Below are positions 46,202-60,689 of a stretch of DNA of 64,000 nt, one piece after another. Location of the stretch: positions 496,001 to 560,000 of the forward strand of contig NW_019028995.1 of NCBI RefSeq assembly GCF_002105155.1, given 5' to 3'. Position numbers and translations under genes: made by a program. Each line of letters begins with the position of its first letter. Position 1 is the first letter of the stretch. The stretch comes from Lobosporangium transversale (Eukaryota). The notes under the pieces are model-generated. The model made no database searches, was not told where the DNA came from, and saw nothing but the letters and a program-made list of their open reading frames with translations.

Positions 46202-49200
46202 CTAAAATTCCAGCAAGGGCTTGTTACGCCTTTGTGGTGACTTTGCTGACTGTGAGTATGAGCTAACCTGCGTATTATTGCTACTGCTATTCGAGCTGCT
46301 GTTCGTAAGCAACCCTGGTTTGATGACATCCTGGCCTGTGTTATGGTTCCTCAGATCGATTAAGGGTTTGATTCGAGGCCGATTGCCATGACTCGACAAA
46401 GCTTCACCTCCAGTAACTTGCCTACTTTTGGAGCTCCCGTTAGAGTTTTGGCTGCCTGTGCCCGAATTTTTATTTCCGCTATTCAGTGCTGGTTTTGCGG
46501 ACTTTGCCCTTGAGAGCAACAATCCCGGCTGAATCATAGCATTAGGATCCTCGAACTGCAGTAGGGGGCCTTGTGGCACTGGTTGCGCGCCACCGTTGGA
46601 ATAGGAAGGCAGTTTAGGAGATTGAGAATGTGGCGAGGCATTGCCTCCAAGCGGTACGCGATCCTCAGGAGCGCCTCGGCTCTTGGACCGTGTCTTCTGA
46701 TAGCCTGACTTGGAACTATGCGCTGAGGGGCGCATCAGTCCCGTACCTGCACTTTTGGACCTTTCTAGCAACTGCGCCGTACGAGCCTCTCCCTTTTCGA
46801 TCAGGGTTCCTGGACCACCAAATCTAGGCCCAGACTGTTGCTGTTGAAGTTGTTGCATTTGAAGCTGATGCTGTTGTAACAGCTGCTGCTGATGTTGGTT
46901 CTGCTGTTGCTGCAACTGTTGCTGTTGAACATATCCCGGAGAATAATTCAAACTAGTCGTGCTTTCGTTTGTTATCCCAGATGAACCCACAGCACCACGC
47001 AAAGCGCCAATGACACCAGCTTGTTCTCGCATTTTTAGCTGCTGCTTCATGTTTTCAATCTCTTGCTTCTCGGCTTCAACCCGTTGCTGGAGCAAACTTC
47101 CTACCATAAAGGGGTGCTTTGAATTAGCAGAACCTCCTGTAGTCGTGTTAGAGCCATTATTGTTATTACTTGATGGCATGGTCTGGGTGATCTTGGCTCC
47201 GATTGGGCCTGTTTTTGAATATGTCTTATTGACTATATCTGTGCCTGTGCCTGTGCCTGTGCTGGAGTCTAAACGCGGGCCCGAGGTTGTGTTCGTGTTA
47301 ATATTTGATGCAATTGGAAATCCTGCGCTGCTATTATTAGTTTGGCTTTTGTCTGCTGGGCCAGAGTGAGTGTGCGCAAAGCCTGCAGAGTTAGCAGCGA
47401 AATGAGCCGAATCTGATGTTGATGTTGAAGTTGAAATTGAATGCACAATAGGTAACACAGAAGAATCGTTCTCCTCAATAAATGAAGCCGTAGTGGCCAA
47501 GGATATTGACAAGAGCGTAGAGGCAGAAGTACCACTAATAGCAGTAGAGATAGGGGATTCAAGACCTGTTGAGGATATGCTCGTAATAGATGTCAATGGT
47601 TGTGATTGTGTTTGTTGAATGGTGAGCTATTGGAGGTAGAAGAGAGAAGGGATAAGGGTTGTGAGAAGAGGAAAACAGAAGATGAAAGGGGAAGAGAGAA
47701 GGGAGGATTCAAAAGTAGTCAGAAAGTAAAGAGAGGTTGAGCTGAATAAATATCATGTAGTTTCCAAGACAAACATCGCACTTGTGTGCATCAGCATCAA
47801 CGAGCGCTAGAATAGAATAGACATGAGCAGAGAAGAGCCTGTAGAGCAGCAGGAGTGTAGAGCGACAATAGGGAGTGAGAGAGAGGAAATAAAAAAGGAG
47901 AGATTTCTGTAGCAAGATGACTAAAAAGTGATGGCTGAGAAGTACAATTAGAAGGAAACATAGAACGTTTAGATGGGGAAAAAGAAAGAATGCTTTGTCA
48001 AATCCATATTCACTTGGTCACTCGTCTTTTGTACTTTCGATGATGGATTTCAACCCCCTTGAATTTTTCTGCCTCCCTGCCTGTTTACCATCCCCTGTAC
48101 CGTCTTACCGTCAGCATAGCCCAACTCCAATATCTATCCCAAGGAATGCAACGTTAAGCAAATTAAGATTGTTTTTCTTCAATAAGATCAAGTCATCATG
48201 CATGATTGCATCTTATGATCATCCTCCATAGATTGTCCTTTTTTAGATCCTTTCATGTTCCAAGTGCTCATAAACAAGCGACATAATGTCAAATTGCCTT
48301 TGTTTTGGCTCTGGATCTGGTCTGTCTTCATAATGTTATTGTCATTCTTTAGATCCTTTTCTGCGAAAGGCAAAAAGACGTAAAAAAAAAATAAAAAAAA
48401 AAAATAGAGAAATGAAAAAGTATCTAGCGCAATCTATTTGACAAGTTGCCGTTCAAAGACAAGCCCAATCCAGCAAGCTTCGCCTCTGCCATGCTCACCT
48501 GCTCCTCTGTAAGGTTCCCTCGCATTGATCCATCCTGGTTTCCTGATGACATCAGCTCTACTGCATGCTTTTGTCCTTCACGCACCATCTCCGGGTTTGC
48601 ATGATACATGAATATTCCCTACATGAAAAAGAACCAAAGTAAAATAGTACAAAGTCGTTAGAAAGATCAATGTTGCAAATTGACAATCTATAAACACACC
48701 CTTGAATATTTATGAGTACTTTTTTTTTTTTTTTTTTTTTTTTTTTCCCTCTTTAATAAAATAAAGTAAACAAAAAAAAAAAAAAAAAAAAAAAAAGACA
48801 ATGTCCACCATGCGCTTGTCGTCAGATCATATCTCCTACCTTAGCTGCACGAAGACCTACCAACCATTCTCGAAGCGACTCACCCGATTCTGTACAAATG
48901 TAGTGAATATAGTCGTCTTCTGGTGTCTCAAACATATGAATGCTATCGGATGACTTGAGTGCAAATCCAAACTTCGTAGGTGCTTTCTTGCGTGGAACTT
49001 GTACGGCATACACGTCGAAATTGCGAAGCATGCAAAGCATACTCTCTCCGTTGAACTATATCAAGTAGACCGGGGAAGAAGGTTTATGTTTGTCAGATCA
49101 AATCAATTAATTCGTTCATGAAGGACTCTGTTCTCATTGCATCAGCCCGCTTATTACCTTGTTATCTTTGGAATGATAGACGGCCGTATCCGTGATATGC

Positions 49201-50317
49201 AGATATCGCTTGACCCACTTGTTCTTTTTTGTTTCTAAATGAACCCAGCCATGGGGCCGTACAAAGCTCTCTTGACCCGGCCCAACCAAGCGTAAAACCT
49301 CTTTTGCTGTCAGCTCATCTCGCGCGGGGAAGCTCTTACAGATGAACTTGTTATCTTTATCAGTCTCCCAAACTTTCATAATGTCTAATACAACTTCAAA
49401 ATCGCGCAATGGACGTTCGATCATGAATTCTTTAGAGTATTCAAAGATAGTCCATCGGTCATGATGACGAGGGTCTCCCCGCTCGCCAAAACTGCCCCGC
49501 TGCTCCAGCATATGCAGGACATCCAGAGCAGTAGAGTTTGGTGCAAGGTTGACTGACTTGAAATCAGTTTCGGTTTGAATGTAGATGCGCGTGGCAACCA
49601 AACGCTGTGTTTGTGCATTTACTGTGGCTCCAGCTGTTGATGTTGAGGCAGATGCTGAGGAAGATAAACTACTCTGTGGCGCACTGATTTGCTTAGGGCT
49701 AGTAGGTGTACCTGGCGGTGACGTTGTATGGCCTATTGTTGCAGCCAGCCGTTGTTGCTGATGCTGGATATGTAAGATTTGAGCCTGCTGAAGTTGCTGG
49801 TGCCGCTGCTGCATTTGTAGCTCGCTTGCACCAGAAATCCCATTGTCTTGCTTCATAATAGCCAGAGCCAAATTCCTCATTCCACCTGCTGCAGCAGATT
49901 GGGCATTTGCATTTGGCGTTGTCTGGAACGAAGGTTGAGGCGTAAGTAGAACGGACGGAGCAACTGGCGTGCTTCCCATACCCATGCCTCGAATCATCTT
50001 ATCATGATGGGTTGTGTTCGTATTTGTGCTAACGTTGAGTGAAGTATTGGACCCAGAAGGTTCTTGAGAGGACGATGAAGTAGCACCAAGTTTTGATGCC
50101 GATCTACTGAGCTGAGGTAGTAAACCTGGCGCTCCTGATGTTCCGGGCGTTCCAGGCGCCCCATTAAGCGCACCAGCCGGATATGGAGGCCAGTTGTCAT
50201 TGTTAGTATGAAGGTTTTGGTTGGATGGCTTTCTAGGAAGTGACTTGGCTCGCTGACCAGCAGAGCTGGGACTGCGACTTGGAATCAGAGCAGGGTTATA
50301 TTCCGGGTAAGAAGGCT

Positions 50318-50349
<32 letters not shown>

Positions 50350-52119
50350 CATCGGTGGAGAGTACATAAAAAGTTAATTAGCCTTTTTCTTTTTTGCTTT
50401 GATCATATGTATCTTGAAGTCAAGTCAGCAGATATAGCTTACGGTTTCTTGAGCATGACGAGAGACAGAGGCGTCTTTAGATTTACTGCGAGAACGAACC
50501 CATTTGAACATCCCGCCTTTAGAGGACGACTCTTCCTGCCGTTGTGATCTACCACGCTCCAGAGTGTGCTGTGGATCTCCAATGGATTGGCTTCGATCAT
50601 GAGTAGGCCGTCTCTCAGAGGCATGATGACTGGAGGGTTTATCATTGATCGTATTCGGTCCCTGTTGGTACTGATGATACAGCAAAGCTGGGTCAGTGGA
50701 TTTCTGTTTGCGAAGAATAGGCCGAACTCCTTGATCATTTTCTCCAAATGTAGAAGGCTGCTCTTGACGATTAGAAGTTGAGGAGGAGCTAGTAGGGATT
50801 GAAGACTCAGAGAAGTGAATGGAAGACTCATCCACTTGACGTCTCAAAGTGTTGTTTGAGCTTTTCTTTCGTATATGTTCAGCACCGTGGGCGGCTTCTC
50901 CTCGCTGAGCGGCTTCTTCTGTCGAAGTTATCGATGATGCCTTTACCTGAGCTGATGATGATGGTGATGATGTAAAATCCGTTTCATAATCCTCGGCAAT
51001 AGTAGATGTGCCGATGAATTGACTACCGTGCTCATGAATAATATCTGACTTATTAAATGTATTGGAGCGACTCAAAGGTCTGGATCCAGATCTTGATCTG
51101 GGAGGAGCAATAGGTGTCTGTGAGCCGTGTGATGAGTTCTGATGAGCAGTCTGTTCAAAAGTTGAAGATGGGCTTGATGATGGGGAAGATTGCTTGGGTT
51201 GGCTTCTACTGTTCGAGCGGGTAGGCAAACGGGGTAATCCTTGGGTCATTTGGCCATTTGAGGCTGGTGTTGATGAAGATGTTTGAAAAGGGCGCACCGT
51301 TTTTGATGTGCCATTGGACCCAAAGGTGGGTGCTGAAATCTCCTGTGGTGAGGCAGTCAAATTTTCTGGATAGTTGTCTATTTCATGCAGGACCTCGCCA
51401 TTTTCGTTATAAAGCGTCTTGGATAACCGTGTCGAGCCTTGGGAAATGGATCGCGATCGCTGAGCAGATTTTGGTGGCAAAGGTGCAGCGGGATTCCGAC
51501 GACTTTCGCTGCGGCCAAGACTGCTCACTCCAAATGTGCTGTCATTTTCGCTGTTACTGACTACCTGTATGATTGAATTGGTGTTGCTATCGACTTTGTT
51601 TCCTGAAGGGCCTAAAATGGCAGCAACAATTTTCACTTCTGATTGACTGCTCTCCACTCCTTTTTGCATCAGACTGCTGCTCAAATTTTGTTGGCTTTGA
51701 TCCCGGCGTAATATCTGCAGATGCGCCTGCAGCTTAGCATGGCCATCATCTTGCACACCAGACTCCTGAAGTGTAGGCGATATAGCACTAAATGAGAGTG
51801 CTTGACTTGAGCTTACAATGACAGGCGGGCTTTGAGCAACAGCTGCTTCTGTGGAAAGAGCATGATCCGAACGAGGCTCAGTTTGTGCCCTTCGTGTCCG
51901 TGTACGACGAGGTTCACCGTCATGAGGTGCAGCTGCAGTTCGAGGAGCAGATGGCCGTGTAGCGCGATTTGCTTGCTACGAAATAAGAAACCAAGTAAAG
52001 GGCGGTGTCAATACTAATAGAAACTTTTATTCTTTGTTACGGAGCAAGACATATATTTAAGAGGACAATAAAGGTCATTGAAGTGATTGATAGCAGGCGG
52101 GAATGGGATCCAATAGATT

Positions 52120-52156
<37 letters not shown>

Positions 52157-52510
52157 CATTTGATCCACACACAGAATCTCCTCACCTAGGCCGTTATGTT
52201 TATCCGTTGACCCATCTTTATAAAAATAAAGAAGCATTTGGGAAGAGCAAAATGCCTTGTTGACCACATCAGCTCTCTGTCTATCAATCTCTGTCTTCTT
52301 CCATCCTTCAAAATCTTTTCAATCTTGGACCACAATCATTGTCAACAGCTCAATTCTATTTAACACCCCCGTAACACAATCAAACACCATTTTAATAAAT
52401 AAAAAAAATTCTCTTACTCTATTCGCCAAGTCTGTCTTCATGGCAGCAAGTTCGCCCATCATCTGCTCAAAGTCAAGGTCGGTGCCCTGTTGTTCAGTGT
52501 CTCGTGTCAT
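46202..52510 (-). CDS. RA + PH domain signalling adaptor (Grb7/MRL-like architecture), multi-exon
   Basis: TRIYIQ..WTIFEYSKEFMIERPLRDFE (RA) and GWVHLETKKNKWVKRY..KKAPTKFGFALKS..EWLVGLRAAK (PH); long low-complexity flanks. Exon structure approximate. Confidence 0.8.
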
Positions 52511-52688
52511 AATGAATGAGTTGTGTTTGCGGTTTTGAGAATGAAAGATTCAATGAAGACGATGGAGTGGAGAGAGAGGGAGAGAGAGAATATCCTTTAA
52601 AAAAAAGACCCCTGAGTGAGTAAATGAAATATATGTAAATGCTGCCGCTGTCTCAGTCAAGAGAAAACAAAAATAAAAAATAAAATAT

Positions 52689-52691
<3 letters not shown>

Positions 52692-52743
<52 letters not shown>
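52692..52743. repeat. (AG)n microsatellite
   Basis: About 25 tandem AG units upstream of the RA-PH gene. Confidence 0.95.
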
Positions 52744-52749
<6 letters not shown>

Positions 52750-53186
52750 ATGAAGATGGGAAATGAAGTAAAAGAGAGAAAGGAGGCTAAATAAGGTGAA
52801 AATTGTCGCTAGTGTGAAGATGAATTAACCAAGCTCTTGATACCTCCATCTCGGCTGTGTTTGTGTTCATTTCATTTCTTTGTGCCTGGCTGTGAAAATT
52901 TTTTTTACATTGAATCCTTCTGCGCCGCCATTTGGCACGTTCGCGTCTTTTTTTTTTTACCATGAAATGAATACATGTAAATGGTTATCATTCATACCCT
53001 CCACTTTGCTCTTCCTTTTGTTGAAAACATTCATGAAATAAATGTACACATTTGTCTGACATGAGAAAGTGGGCTCTTCGATTCCTTATTAAAAAACGGT
53101 CAAAAACCCATTTACTACAAAAAATTGTTCCTTATTCATATTTGTCAGTGCAAGTGAGACTGTCATATGTCTCAATAAGCTTTAAT

Positions 53187-53363
53187 CTATGGGTGATTCT
53201 TCGTCAGCCATTCTTGCAACCAGTCCGCAAGCTTCATGAACTGGGTATTGATCCCAACACCCTCAAGACACCTATTAGTAAGATGGCAATCATAAGGCCT
53301 CATAGCTATCATAATCAGAGAAACATAGAAGAGAAGAGAAAAAAAATCGTCAATATACACACC

Positions 53364-53397
<34 letters not shown>

Positions 53398-55356
53398 ACA
53401 GGTGCAACGGTTTGGTATATAAATTGGTATTCCACATATCCACATCTCCACATTAGATGAACACTACAGGCTCAAAAAAAGAGAGGTGAAGATGTATGCT
53501 CTGCAAGCAATATTTACAATGTATTCAGATGAATCAATGGCATCTCATAGTCATAGCAACAATAACAAAGCTAAATTTACGTACTGCTATCCTTTGGTTC
53601 GCTGTCTACGATCTTCAAATGATCCAAGTTGGCTCCTAGGATCTTGGCAATGACCTCTAAGAATAGGTAAATCAAGGCACATTTAATAAAAAAGAAATAC
53701 TGAAAGCATAATAAAGATTTAAAATTCACTCACCGCAAATCTCATATTTCGTATACTTCTCCTGTGCCGAAAAGTGCAGGACTCCAGAAATGAAAACTTT
53801 CTCCAAGCGAACCTTAACTGTTAAAAAAGCTGTTAGTCGCAAACCTCGATCCTTTCTGGCATATAGTAAGAATATGCTTCTATAATCTACATAAAAGTCC
53901 CAATCTACCTGAAAGGTCCTTGATCACTCGCGCTACATCATAAACTTTGTCACACAAGAAGGAAAAAAAAAAAAAAATCAATTTGAAAGTCAAGTATACA
54001 AGTGAAGGTGCGTAGACTCTCACTCCTTTGCAGCTCTTTTTTATATGCATGTGTGAGTCCCATGACATGCAAGATGCATATTTACCACACCACCAGAATC
54101 CTTACCATAGGTTGGATACCGAATTGCGTAGTGATCCATACTAATTTGCTTGCTGCTTGTAACGCTGTCAATTAGGGTATTGACCGCAGACTCACTGTTG
54201 TATTCAGTTGGCCCATACAGGATAGGGACTCGAAGGATAATTGCAGAAGAATTCCTGTTCTTAACCTCAACTTCCCCTTCATATTTAGTGCGACCTAATA
54301 TCCATTAACAGTTACGGCAACATCAGCAGTAACGTTAGTATAGCAAAGTTAATACCACCAAGTTTGTTCAAACTCCTCTGCTCTCCCTTCATAAACTCCA
54401 TATTGAAGTCGTATGAACTCTTGCATAATAATCCCAAGCAAAACAAAGTAAAGCATTAAAAAAAAAAAAAAAAAAAAAAAAAAGCTGCGTATACCGTAGG
54501 TGTTGAGTGGATTGGGCTTGTCAGTAACATCATAAGGTGGAGAAGTGCCATCGAAAACATAGTCCGTCGAGATGTAGATCATCAGAATACCACGGTCATT
54601 GGTCAGATCCGCCAATAAACCAGGAGCTTGGACATTGAGCTAAACATGATAACAAAAACAAATTCAGTGACCGTAACGAGGTTGCTCCGTTATACTGCAC
54701 ATGTACTCAACCTTCAGACACAAATAACACTACGATAAGCCTATAAAAATTCTTCTGACGTACTTTTTGCGCTCCGCTGGGATCTTTCTCAACAACATCA
54801 GGCCGACGCTCAGCAGCACAATGAACAACAACTAAAGTCAAATTCATATGATATGGTTGAGCCATTAGAATATTGATCTTAAAAAAAGACGCGTGTCATT
54901 CCCCTTTTTTCCTTTCATTCCACCTAAAGAAAAGATTATATTAATCAGCATCATCTCTACTTTACCATCGGGCTTGTGCTCCTCAATGAAGGCTGTGACA
55001 GCAGCAGCGTCCTCCAAGTCAAGCTGTGGAGCAAAAGGAATAGCGAGAGTTAAAATAGCTGATAAAAGTAATCATCGTACCTAGTTTTTTTTTTTTTTTT
55101 TTTTTTTTTTTTATCCCACACCTTCTTAAGGTCGTCCCTGACACGAGAGTGCGCCAATCCAATGACTATTATTTTTTTTTTTAGCGTGATATTATTATTC
55201 GACTTGTGAGTCCACTTTAACTCCAGGCGAGTTTTTATTCTTTCTATAAATTGGATTGTGCCTTAGTTTATTCTGACCTTCATGTCCTGCATTCTTATAC
55301 TCAACTACGACTGCACGGCCAAGAAGACCTGAAGCGCCGGTGACAAGGACATGCAT
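53187..55356 (-). CDS. MAT2B / RmlD-like extended SDR (methionine adenosyltransferase II beta-like), many exons
   Basis: MHVLVTGASGLLGRAV, VHCAAERRPDVVE, YISTDYVFDG..PNPLNTYG, LRVPILYG, RPYDCHL. Confidence 0.9.
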
Positions 55357-55505
55357 GATTGATAGATTGCAAGCTTTGTTGTTAATGGGATGAAATTGAA
55401 TAAAATGAAATCCGTGGGAAATGATTTTAAAGTAAATGCATCAAGAGGTAAAGAATGAAAGATGCACAGAAATAAAAAAAGTTTCTTTTTATTGTATTCT
55501 AAAAC

Positions 55506-57533
55506 TCAGAACTCAATTGGACTTTCCGCGGCAATGTACGTCCAGATAGCCATGACTGCAGCAGAACGCTTCAATTGGTCAGGTGTGAAGGCCCCCATTG
55601 AGTCTGCCTCTGAATGGTGGTAATAAAAATAGCCAGTGTCTACAGGTCGACGATATTTATCATGGATATTGCTGCTCCTACTGCGATGATGGTGGTGCTT
55701 TTTGCTATTGTTATTTTGATAGTCGTAGTTGTGGAAAGGATTGTACTCCTTGCCATTGTTATGATCTTTTACCATGCTCTGCATGTCATCCTCATGATGG
55801 CGGTTTCCAGTGCCATATTTGATGGCATATGGGGAAGTTGAATAAGGAAGGGGGAAAGGATCGGCGGGGACAAACTCCGCACAAGCAACTCCTCGTTTGC
55901 AAAGAGGTTCAATGTCAGCTCCAAATGGATTGGGTAGGACATGTCGACCAGCCCCAGGGTATCCAAGATCCTCACGCCGTCCCATAAAATACTCTCCAGC
56001 AGCCGTCAAAAATTCGGCCGAGTCGCGCTTTTTGCCGTCCTTGGCTGTGCCTGGTGCAAATGAGATGCCGTAAGGATCAAAGACACCTGTATCTGATTCA
56101 AATGCAAATACATGACGACTTGAATCTTTTTCAGGATGATTTCTTGCATAGACCACACCTCCTGCAGATGTGTTCTCCTCTGCAGTCCAGAACACTACTC
56201 GTACCGTTCTTCGAGGCGGCCTCTCCAGCCGGCTCAATTGACGCAGAGTTTCCCAAGCAATGAAACAGCCGGCACCATCATCCACAGCCCCACTCCCAAC
56301 ATCCCAGCTATCAATATGTCCACCAACGACCACAATCTCTTCTGGCTTCTCTCTTCCTTTTAATTCGATAATGATATTCCTTGAGATCTTGGACTCGAGC
56401 TCTGTTGATGCTCCCATGATTAATTTGACTTTGGGCCATTCAGGAAATGTCTCTGGATCCTGCTTGTGGCGGTTAAGCGAACGTTCAAGCAAATCAGCAT
56501 CTTCAACACTGATAGCAGCCATAGGGATCCTCGCAATCTCAGCAACGCCTGTATGAGGTGTCTGTAGTGAGAATGGCGTGACAGATCGCACCAAAGATGC
56601 AACAGCCCCATGTCCTTGTGCCCAAACAGCGCCGAACGCTCTGTAGAGAGCATTCTCAGTATAAGAAGTAAAGGGGTTATTCCAGAGGACAATTTTGCCA
56701 CGTACTTCGTCTCTTTGACCCAACTGCTCCAGCTCATCCTTGGAATGCACAACAATAACCTCTGCTTCGAGGCCGTTAATAGGATCAGGCGTAGATACGC
56801 TATACCCAAGACCAAGGATATGCATCGGAACAGGGCCACGGGTAGGTGACAGAAAATGAAGTGACTCTTGGTGACGTTGCCAGTAATCAACGACTACTTC
56901 CTCTGTTGTGACAGACAAATTGTCCGCCTTGAGTTTCCGTATAACCCAATCAATGGACTACAACCAATGCATGTCAATGGCCAAATTAGCTGTAGCAACT
57001 ACAAGAATTATTGGCATGCTCAGTCAAATGATGCTATTGATGCTGTTAGTCAAAATAATAATACTTACTTTTTCTAACGCATCTGATCCAGTGATGCGTG
57101 GGCCAAAGGTGTCTGTCATTTCGGCCAAACGATCCCATAAAATACTAGTATGAATTCAAAGGAATATAAAGTGAGAAGGTCAGCCAAAATTCTGCATTGC
57201 ATTTCGTCATAAAGCCCAGATAAAAAAAAAGAAAAGCTTTACATACTTCGATTCCAAGCTACCTGCAACGAGTTGATCGACATCTGATTGCATATGCTTT
57301 TCAAACTTGAATTTCCTTGTCAGATGCTCTCTATGGTGGCCATGGTGACTATGGTGCTTATTAGATATAGATGCGAAAAGATAAATGGCTACCACGGTCA
57401 ACAGTCCAAGCTTCAAAAGCCCTTTGCGAAGCCGGTTGTTATCATGACTAATTGCTCTGCAAGCAAAGGGATTTAGAGGTTTTTCTAGCCTCTCTGCTGT
57501 CGGTAAGAAGGGTTCTTGTTTTTTCTCATTCAT
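55506..57533 (-). CDS. M28 metallopeptidase, carboxypeptidase Q-like
   Basis: N-terminal TM anchor; DTFGPRITGS, GGHIDSWDVGSGAVDDGAG, WTAEE, ESDTG, YYHHSEAD. Confidence 0.92.
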
Positions 57534-58412
57534 TTTTTTTTTTTTTTCATTAGCTGCTGGATGAAATGAGAAAAGAGAAGAAAAACCCTGCGCCACCAAA
57601 TTAGTTTATCCCTTCGTCCGTCACAAGGGCAAATTTGCCATTATAAATGGGTTTAAAATCCAGCAATCCATGGGCATTGTCTTGAAATTTTATTTTGATG
57701 TCGAAATAAATGACCGAAAACTAAATTGTCATGGAGCTATCCTGGCTTCTTTATTTGTGCAAATAAAAAACTCATGAAGACTTTCGCATGACCTTAGCGT
57801 CCGCTTGGGGGCTCATTGTATCGTTTATTTATTGACTGATGTAATATAACAGTGATAATATTCGCCGCCGTAGTCTCGACTTGAAAGGAGTGCAATCTGA
57901 GTTGATTCATTCTACCACACCATAGAGCTTGACTAACTTGATCTTTTCCTGTACAGCCCGGCAAGACTTGATTTGTCACATCGTTTGCTTGCTCGTCTTC
58001 TTGCGTTCCCTTGATATATCTGGGTTGGTAAGCACTGCTAATAGAGTTTGTTGGGCCTGTTGAAACCAGAGGGAGCCACAGCAACATATCATACCCAAGG
58101 TGATACAAATATCTCTGTTGGAGTGAGTGGTGAACTGTGTGTTCAGATGTAGTGGACATAAACGGCGAAAGAATGCATCGAAAGGATGTGAGCGGTTATG
58201 AGAGCAAGGAAGAAGGGGTTGGTATGCCTGTTCAAGTCCTTGGCAAGAGAGCATGAGTAGCAGTTGTGATCAATGGTATAGTTTCTAGACCCTACCTTCC
58301 AGTACAGCATTGCATTATTGTTGTTTTCAGACCTGGCACCAATCATGCGAGGTATTTCTTTTTCTGAGGGTTCCTTGTGTTAAACGGCCAGACAGAAAGC
58401 TTAGAAGAGATA

Positions 58413-60689
58413 GAGTCCTCGCCAAAAAGTCGTCGACTAATATATTTTTAAAATACTCAATTTGAATTAAAAACCGGAAAAACAGAGATTTACGTACAAA
58501 GACTTCCCTCATCCATATAATTTTTTGACTGAATTGGAAACCGTTGTTTTTTTATGAATCTGAAACTGACCAACGAAGCAGACCTTCATTACCCTCATTC
58601 ACATTCACTCATTCTCCAAGAAATAGTCAAATGTCTTTCCCTATTGATACGATAGTCACCCCTCATATAATGATCTGAGTGATATGTATAATGATCTAAG
58701 TGATACCGATCTAACGTTTCTAGGAACACGCACAACTCCACCCCGAAGATGTCGACAATCGCCCTCCAAATTCAATGTCACCTCCACTAGATCTCCCACA
58801 CAATATCATTGGAATACCCCACCTAAGAACAGATCCAAGGGATCTCCTTCAAAAGAGCAGCTTCCCGATGCTGCTGATCCAAATCCATTCTTGTCAAATG
58901 GACAAGCTGTAGAGCTTCAGCAGGACATTGGTGAATTATCCCGTAATAAGGCGACCATTATACATAACGAATACGTTATGATGGCTCGGACATTCAAGGC
59001 TATTACCGAGGGGCCATTAGAAGTTTGACAGTGGTTTATGCAGACGCCAGACAGAGCGAACAACTTGGCAATTTTAATGGGTGTAGGGAGAGATGCATGT
59101 TTGACAGCAATTAAATTTGCTACCACAGGTGTCCTCGAGTTCAAAGACCGCGGTAAAGCTAGACATGAGAGAACCAGACGTGGAAGAACTGGACGCCCAA
59201 AAAAAGAAATTGATCAGGATGTAACCTCAAAAATCATGGCTGTCATAGTCAAGTGCGGAGCCCCTAATTCGGCCTCTATGGTTGCCAACCAACTAAAGGA
59301 TGACTTTGGGATCGATAGATTAGCAAGGTCAATCACTCGTGATCTTCGCAAAATGGGTTTATATTGGGGTAAAGGAATCCGACAACATTGCTTGCATGAC
59401 TCCAAGAAAAATGTCGCGTTCCGAACAACATACCTCAAGCGTCGCCTCAGTAATCTAAAACTTGTGGACGGCAATTGGGTTCCTAAAATGCCAGAAGTTT
59501 TTTTAGACGAGTCTTATTGTCACATCGATCATGCTGCAGCAAGACGTTGGGTGAAAAGTAGTGGTGGTGTCGTAAACGATGCGGGAAGAAAGCCAATAAT
59601 AGTTATCTTTGCGGCATTCGTTGTGTATTACGATGAACTCAACAAAAAAGTTGAGGGCAAATTCGTGAAGGATAGTGTATATATCTGGCCATCCAAAGGG
59701 CCAAAGCCTCAGTCAAAGAAGGGCCAAGAACGGGAGGCAGAGTTGTGGAACGATGTGCCCGAAGAGATCAAGAGTGCAGGAGTTGTAGCAACAGGTCACG
59801 ACTATCATGGGAATTTCAACGCCAATTTATTTGATAGTATTTTTAAGCGACTTTGTGAGAACCTCAATGAGATGGGACTGGGGCCTTGCCAAATCCATCT
59901 TGATGGTGCTTCATATCATTTCCATAAGAAAAACAAAGTACCAACCAAGAGCGACACTGTGGCAACTATCAAAGAGTGGCTCACCAACAAGGGTATTGCT
60001 ATTCCAACCTAGGAAAATGGAAAAGCGGCGAATAAAGACGATCTTATGGAGTTGATCAAAGCCCTTCCTGACGAGTCGTATTTCTCTGTCAGTAAAATCG
60101 CCCAAGAGAATGGTGGCCATGAAATTCTCAAGACTCCACCATATCACTGCGAACTTCAGCCTATGGAGAAAATTCGGGCCGTCGTTAAAAACATTATTGC
60201 GTCGAGAGCAAGGACGACAATGACAGCCCTTTTGCTGAAGAAAAGGCTTCTCAGCTTGTTTTCTTAGATTCCGGATAGAATATTTTATTCTGTATGGAAA
60301 AAGTCTGTGAAAATTGGTATGAAATACTATAACGAGGAAGACGTGTCCAAGGAATGTTGGATGAGGCGGACGAGAGGCATTACCAAGAGATCAATGATGA
60401 ACAGGAGACAATTGAGGACATTAGCGAGGAGATTAGACTCGACAGCAGTGAATGGGACCTAGAACTCGATAGAGTAGTAAACCAAGAGCAAGCTGGGGCT
60501 GTAATAATGGAATCTGAGATCGAGGACCTTGCACCAGATACTGGAAACATGTTTGGTTTAGTAGAGGATAGTTCTCGTAAAAATTAAAATTTTGAGTTTG
60601 TACGTTTTTTTTCGTCTAAAAACGGAGGGATTTTATTCAATTTAAAAATGTGAAAAATATTTTAGTCGACGACTTTTTGACGAGGACTT
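58413..60689 (+). mobile_element. IS630/Tc1/mariner DNA transposon with ~37-bp TIRs and TA target-site duplication
   Basis: Left TA|GAGTCCTCGCCAAAAAGTCGTCGACTAATATATTTTT; right (revcomp) TA|AAGTCCTCGTCAAAAAGTCGTCGACTAAAATATTTTT. Confidence 0.9.
58684..60587 (+). pseudogene. DDE transposase (long-spacer DD~87E), inactivated
   Basis: GRPKK/HTH region, VFLDESY, IHLDGASYH, TPPYHCELQPME; in-frame stops at 59026, 60010 and 60265. Confidence 0.88.
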
